From contig MQRK01251438.1 in NCBI GenBank assembly GCA_001938485.1, positions 1 through 54,170 of the forward strand: a DNA stretch of 54,170 nucleotides, in the 5' to 3' direction. Below, piece after piece: positions 52,985 to 54,170 of this stretch; position 1 is the first letter of the stretch, and every line of letters begins with the position of its first letter. The DNA is from Girardia tigrina (lineage: Eukaryota). The position numbers and the translations under genes are program-made. Under the pieces are notes generated by a model. The model ran no database searches and had not been told where the DNA came from. It worked only from the letters and a program-made list of their open reading frames with translations.

Positions 52985-53531
52985 TTGTAAAGATCTCATT
53001 TTCTGTTGACAGTTAAAAGCCATAATTTATTAAATGGATGAAACTAAATTTCTTGATCAAAAATGAAATCCATATAAACTTTTTTCCAAATTTCACCGCC
53101 ATCTTGAGTGATTAATAACATGGAACGTTCTATTGTACTAGAGTAAAACAAAAATATATTATAATGGTCTATACTATTTCTCTGTAATCAATACTCTCTT
53201 CGAACGATTACATTTTCAGCGGGTAAGCTTTTAGTAATGTTTTTAAAAGTCTTTCCATTATCATCACTAAAGTATACATCGACAGTTCAGCGAACGTAAC
53301 GAAAAAATGTATTTCTTTTGTCGTGTAAATAACGATTTTTCACTATTGTCACCCGCCCATGTCACTTGCACTGACGTTTTTTTAATCATTAGTAAAAGCA
53401 AATTTGGACATAGGATTTTGTTTCTGAAATGTTCTTCCGATTACATCCTTTTGGGAATCACAAATTTCATCAGTACATGATCGAATACTCTTATACAACA
53501 AAAAGGCACTTAAAATTTGAAAGTATCGCAT
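52985..53531 (-). pseudogene. SORT1: Sortilin/Vps10-domain receptor N-terminal fragment, disabled
   Basis: ATG plus signal-like MRYFQILSAFLLY, then SVQVTWAGDNSE, the Asp-box motifs VYFSDDNGKTFKNIT and ITQDGGEIWKK, and FHP..WLL. This is collinear with sortilin as I recall it (SVSLSWVGDSTG, YRSEDYGKNFKDIT). Several stops and frameshifts; no introns seen. Confidence 0.8.
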
Positions 53532-53639
53532 TAGATTAAACTGAATGTTTTTATCACAGAAAAATATGAATTACATAAGAACAAAAAGTTGTCAGACTCA
53601 TACAAAAACAACGAAATGTTTACATGAGGTAAAATAAAA

Positions 53640-54060
53640 GAATACGCGTTGTTGTCAGTAGGCTATTACATAGACCTTCATGAGTGCTTGAAATTAGCTC
53701 GATGTCATCGGCATAAGCAAGACAGTAAGTAATCATTGTTCGATTTTTATGCCGGAGTCTTCATTCTTATGGATCTCTGTAAGAATTTGGTCAATACCAA
53801 TGTTAAATAGCAACATGGATAGGGGGCATCATTGTTTGAAGCCTCTGTTGATGAGTATTGCCGAATTTGACTGTCCATTGCATGAGTATTCAGATATATT
53901 GTTGGAATAAATCACCTTTATCAGGATGCAAAATTTGGAGTTCATTCCATTTCTTCGCAGTACCTCGATTACATGATCGATGGGCATTCTGCTGAACGCG
54001 CAAGTGAGGTCTAAGAATACAAAGTGTACTTCTTCAAGTTCCTCAAGGATGATTGTAGAA
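53640..54060 (-). mobile_element. Non-LTR retrotransposon RT core fragment
   Basis: Not in the ORF track. FVFLDLTCAFS..RGFKQ*CPLSMLLFNI..CLAYADDI. Confidence 0.88.
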
Positions 54061-54170
54061 ACACATTTCTACTTATAAAAAAAATTAATAATTAAATTAT
54101 TAATTTTTTAGTTTGTTTAAATATTCACTTTTTTGTAAAAATAAATTTTTGAAAATCAAGCGTGTTTTTC

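Overview
AT-rich eukaryotic (animal) genomic DNA with three N gaps (9784-9833, 30389-30438, 41376-42051). The nAChR motifs and the transposon mix suggest a flatworm, probably a planarian; this is inference, not proof. The only intact host gene I can support is a minus-strand Cys-loop nicotinic acetylcholine receptor-type subunit. Four GT-AG exons (21099-20903, 13232-13123, 7019-6884, 6840-~6634) splice in frame into the ligand-binding domain. I found no transmembrane exons, so they probably lie left of the window. The rest is mostly decayed mobile DNA: mariner, Tc1 and pogo copies; hAT elements and MITEs, two with 8-bp TSDs; MULE remnants; a Ty3/gypsy gag-pol body; RLE-type LINE pieces; nested Helitrons; a foldback/microsatellite composite repeat; and a 3.2-kb element with AG..CT TIRs and a 6-bp TSD that resembles a non-autonomous Maverick/Polinton. 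There are also two disabled host-gene fragments (sortilin-like, tetraspanin-like) and several CpG-rich unique islands, two with nearly open reading frames. I found no tRNA, rRNA or CRISPR array and no clearly novel multi-gene system.
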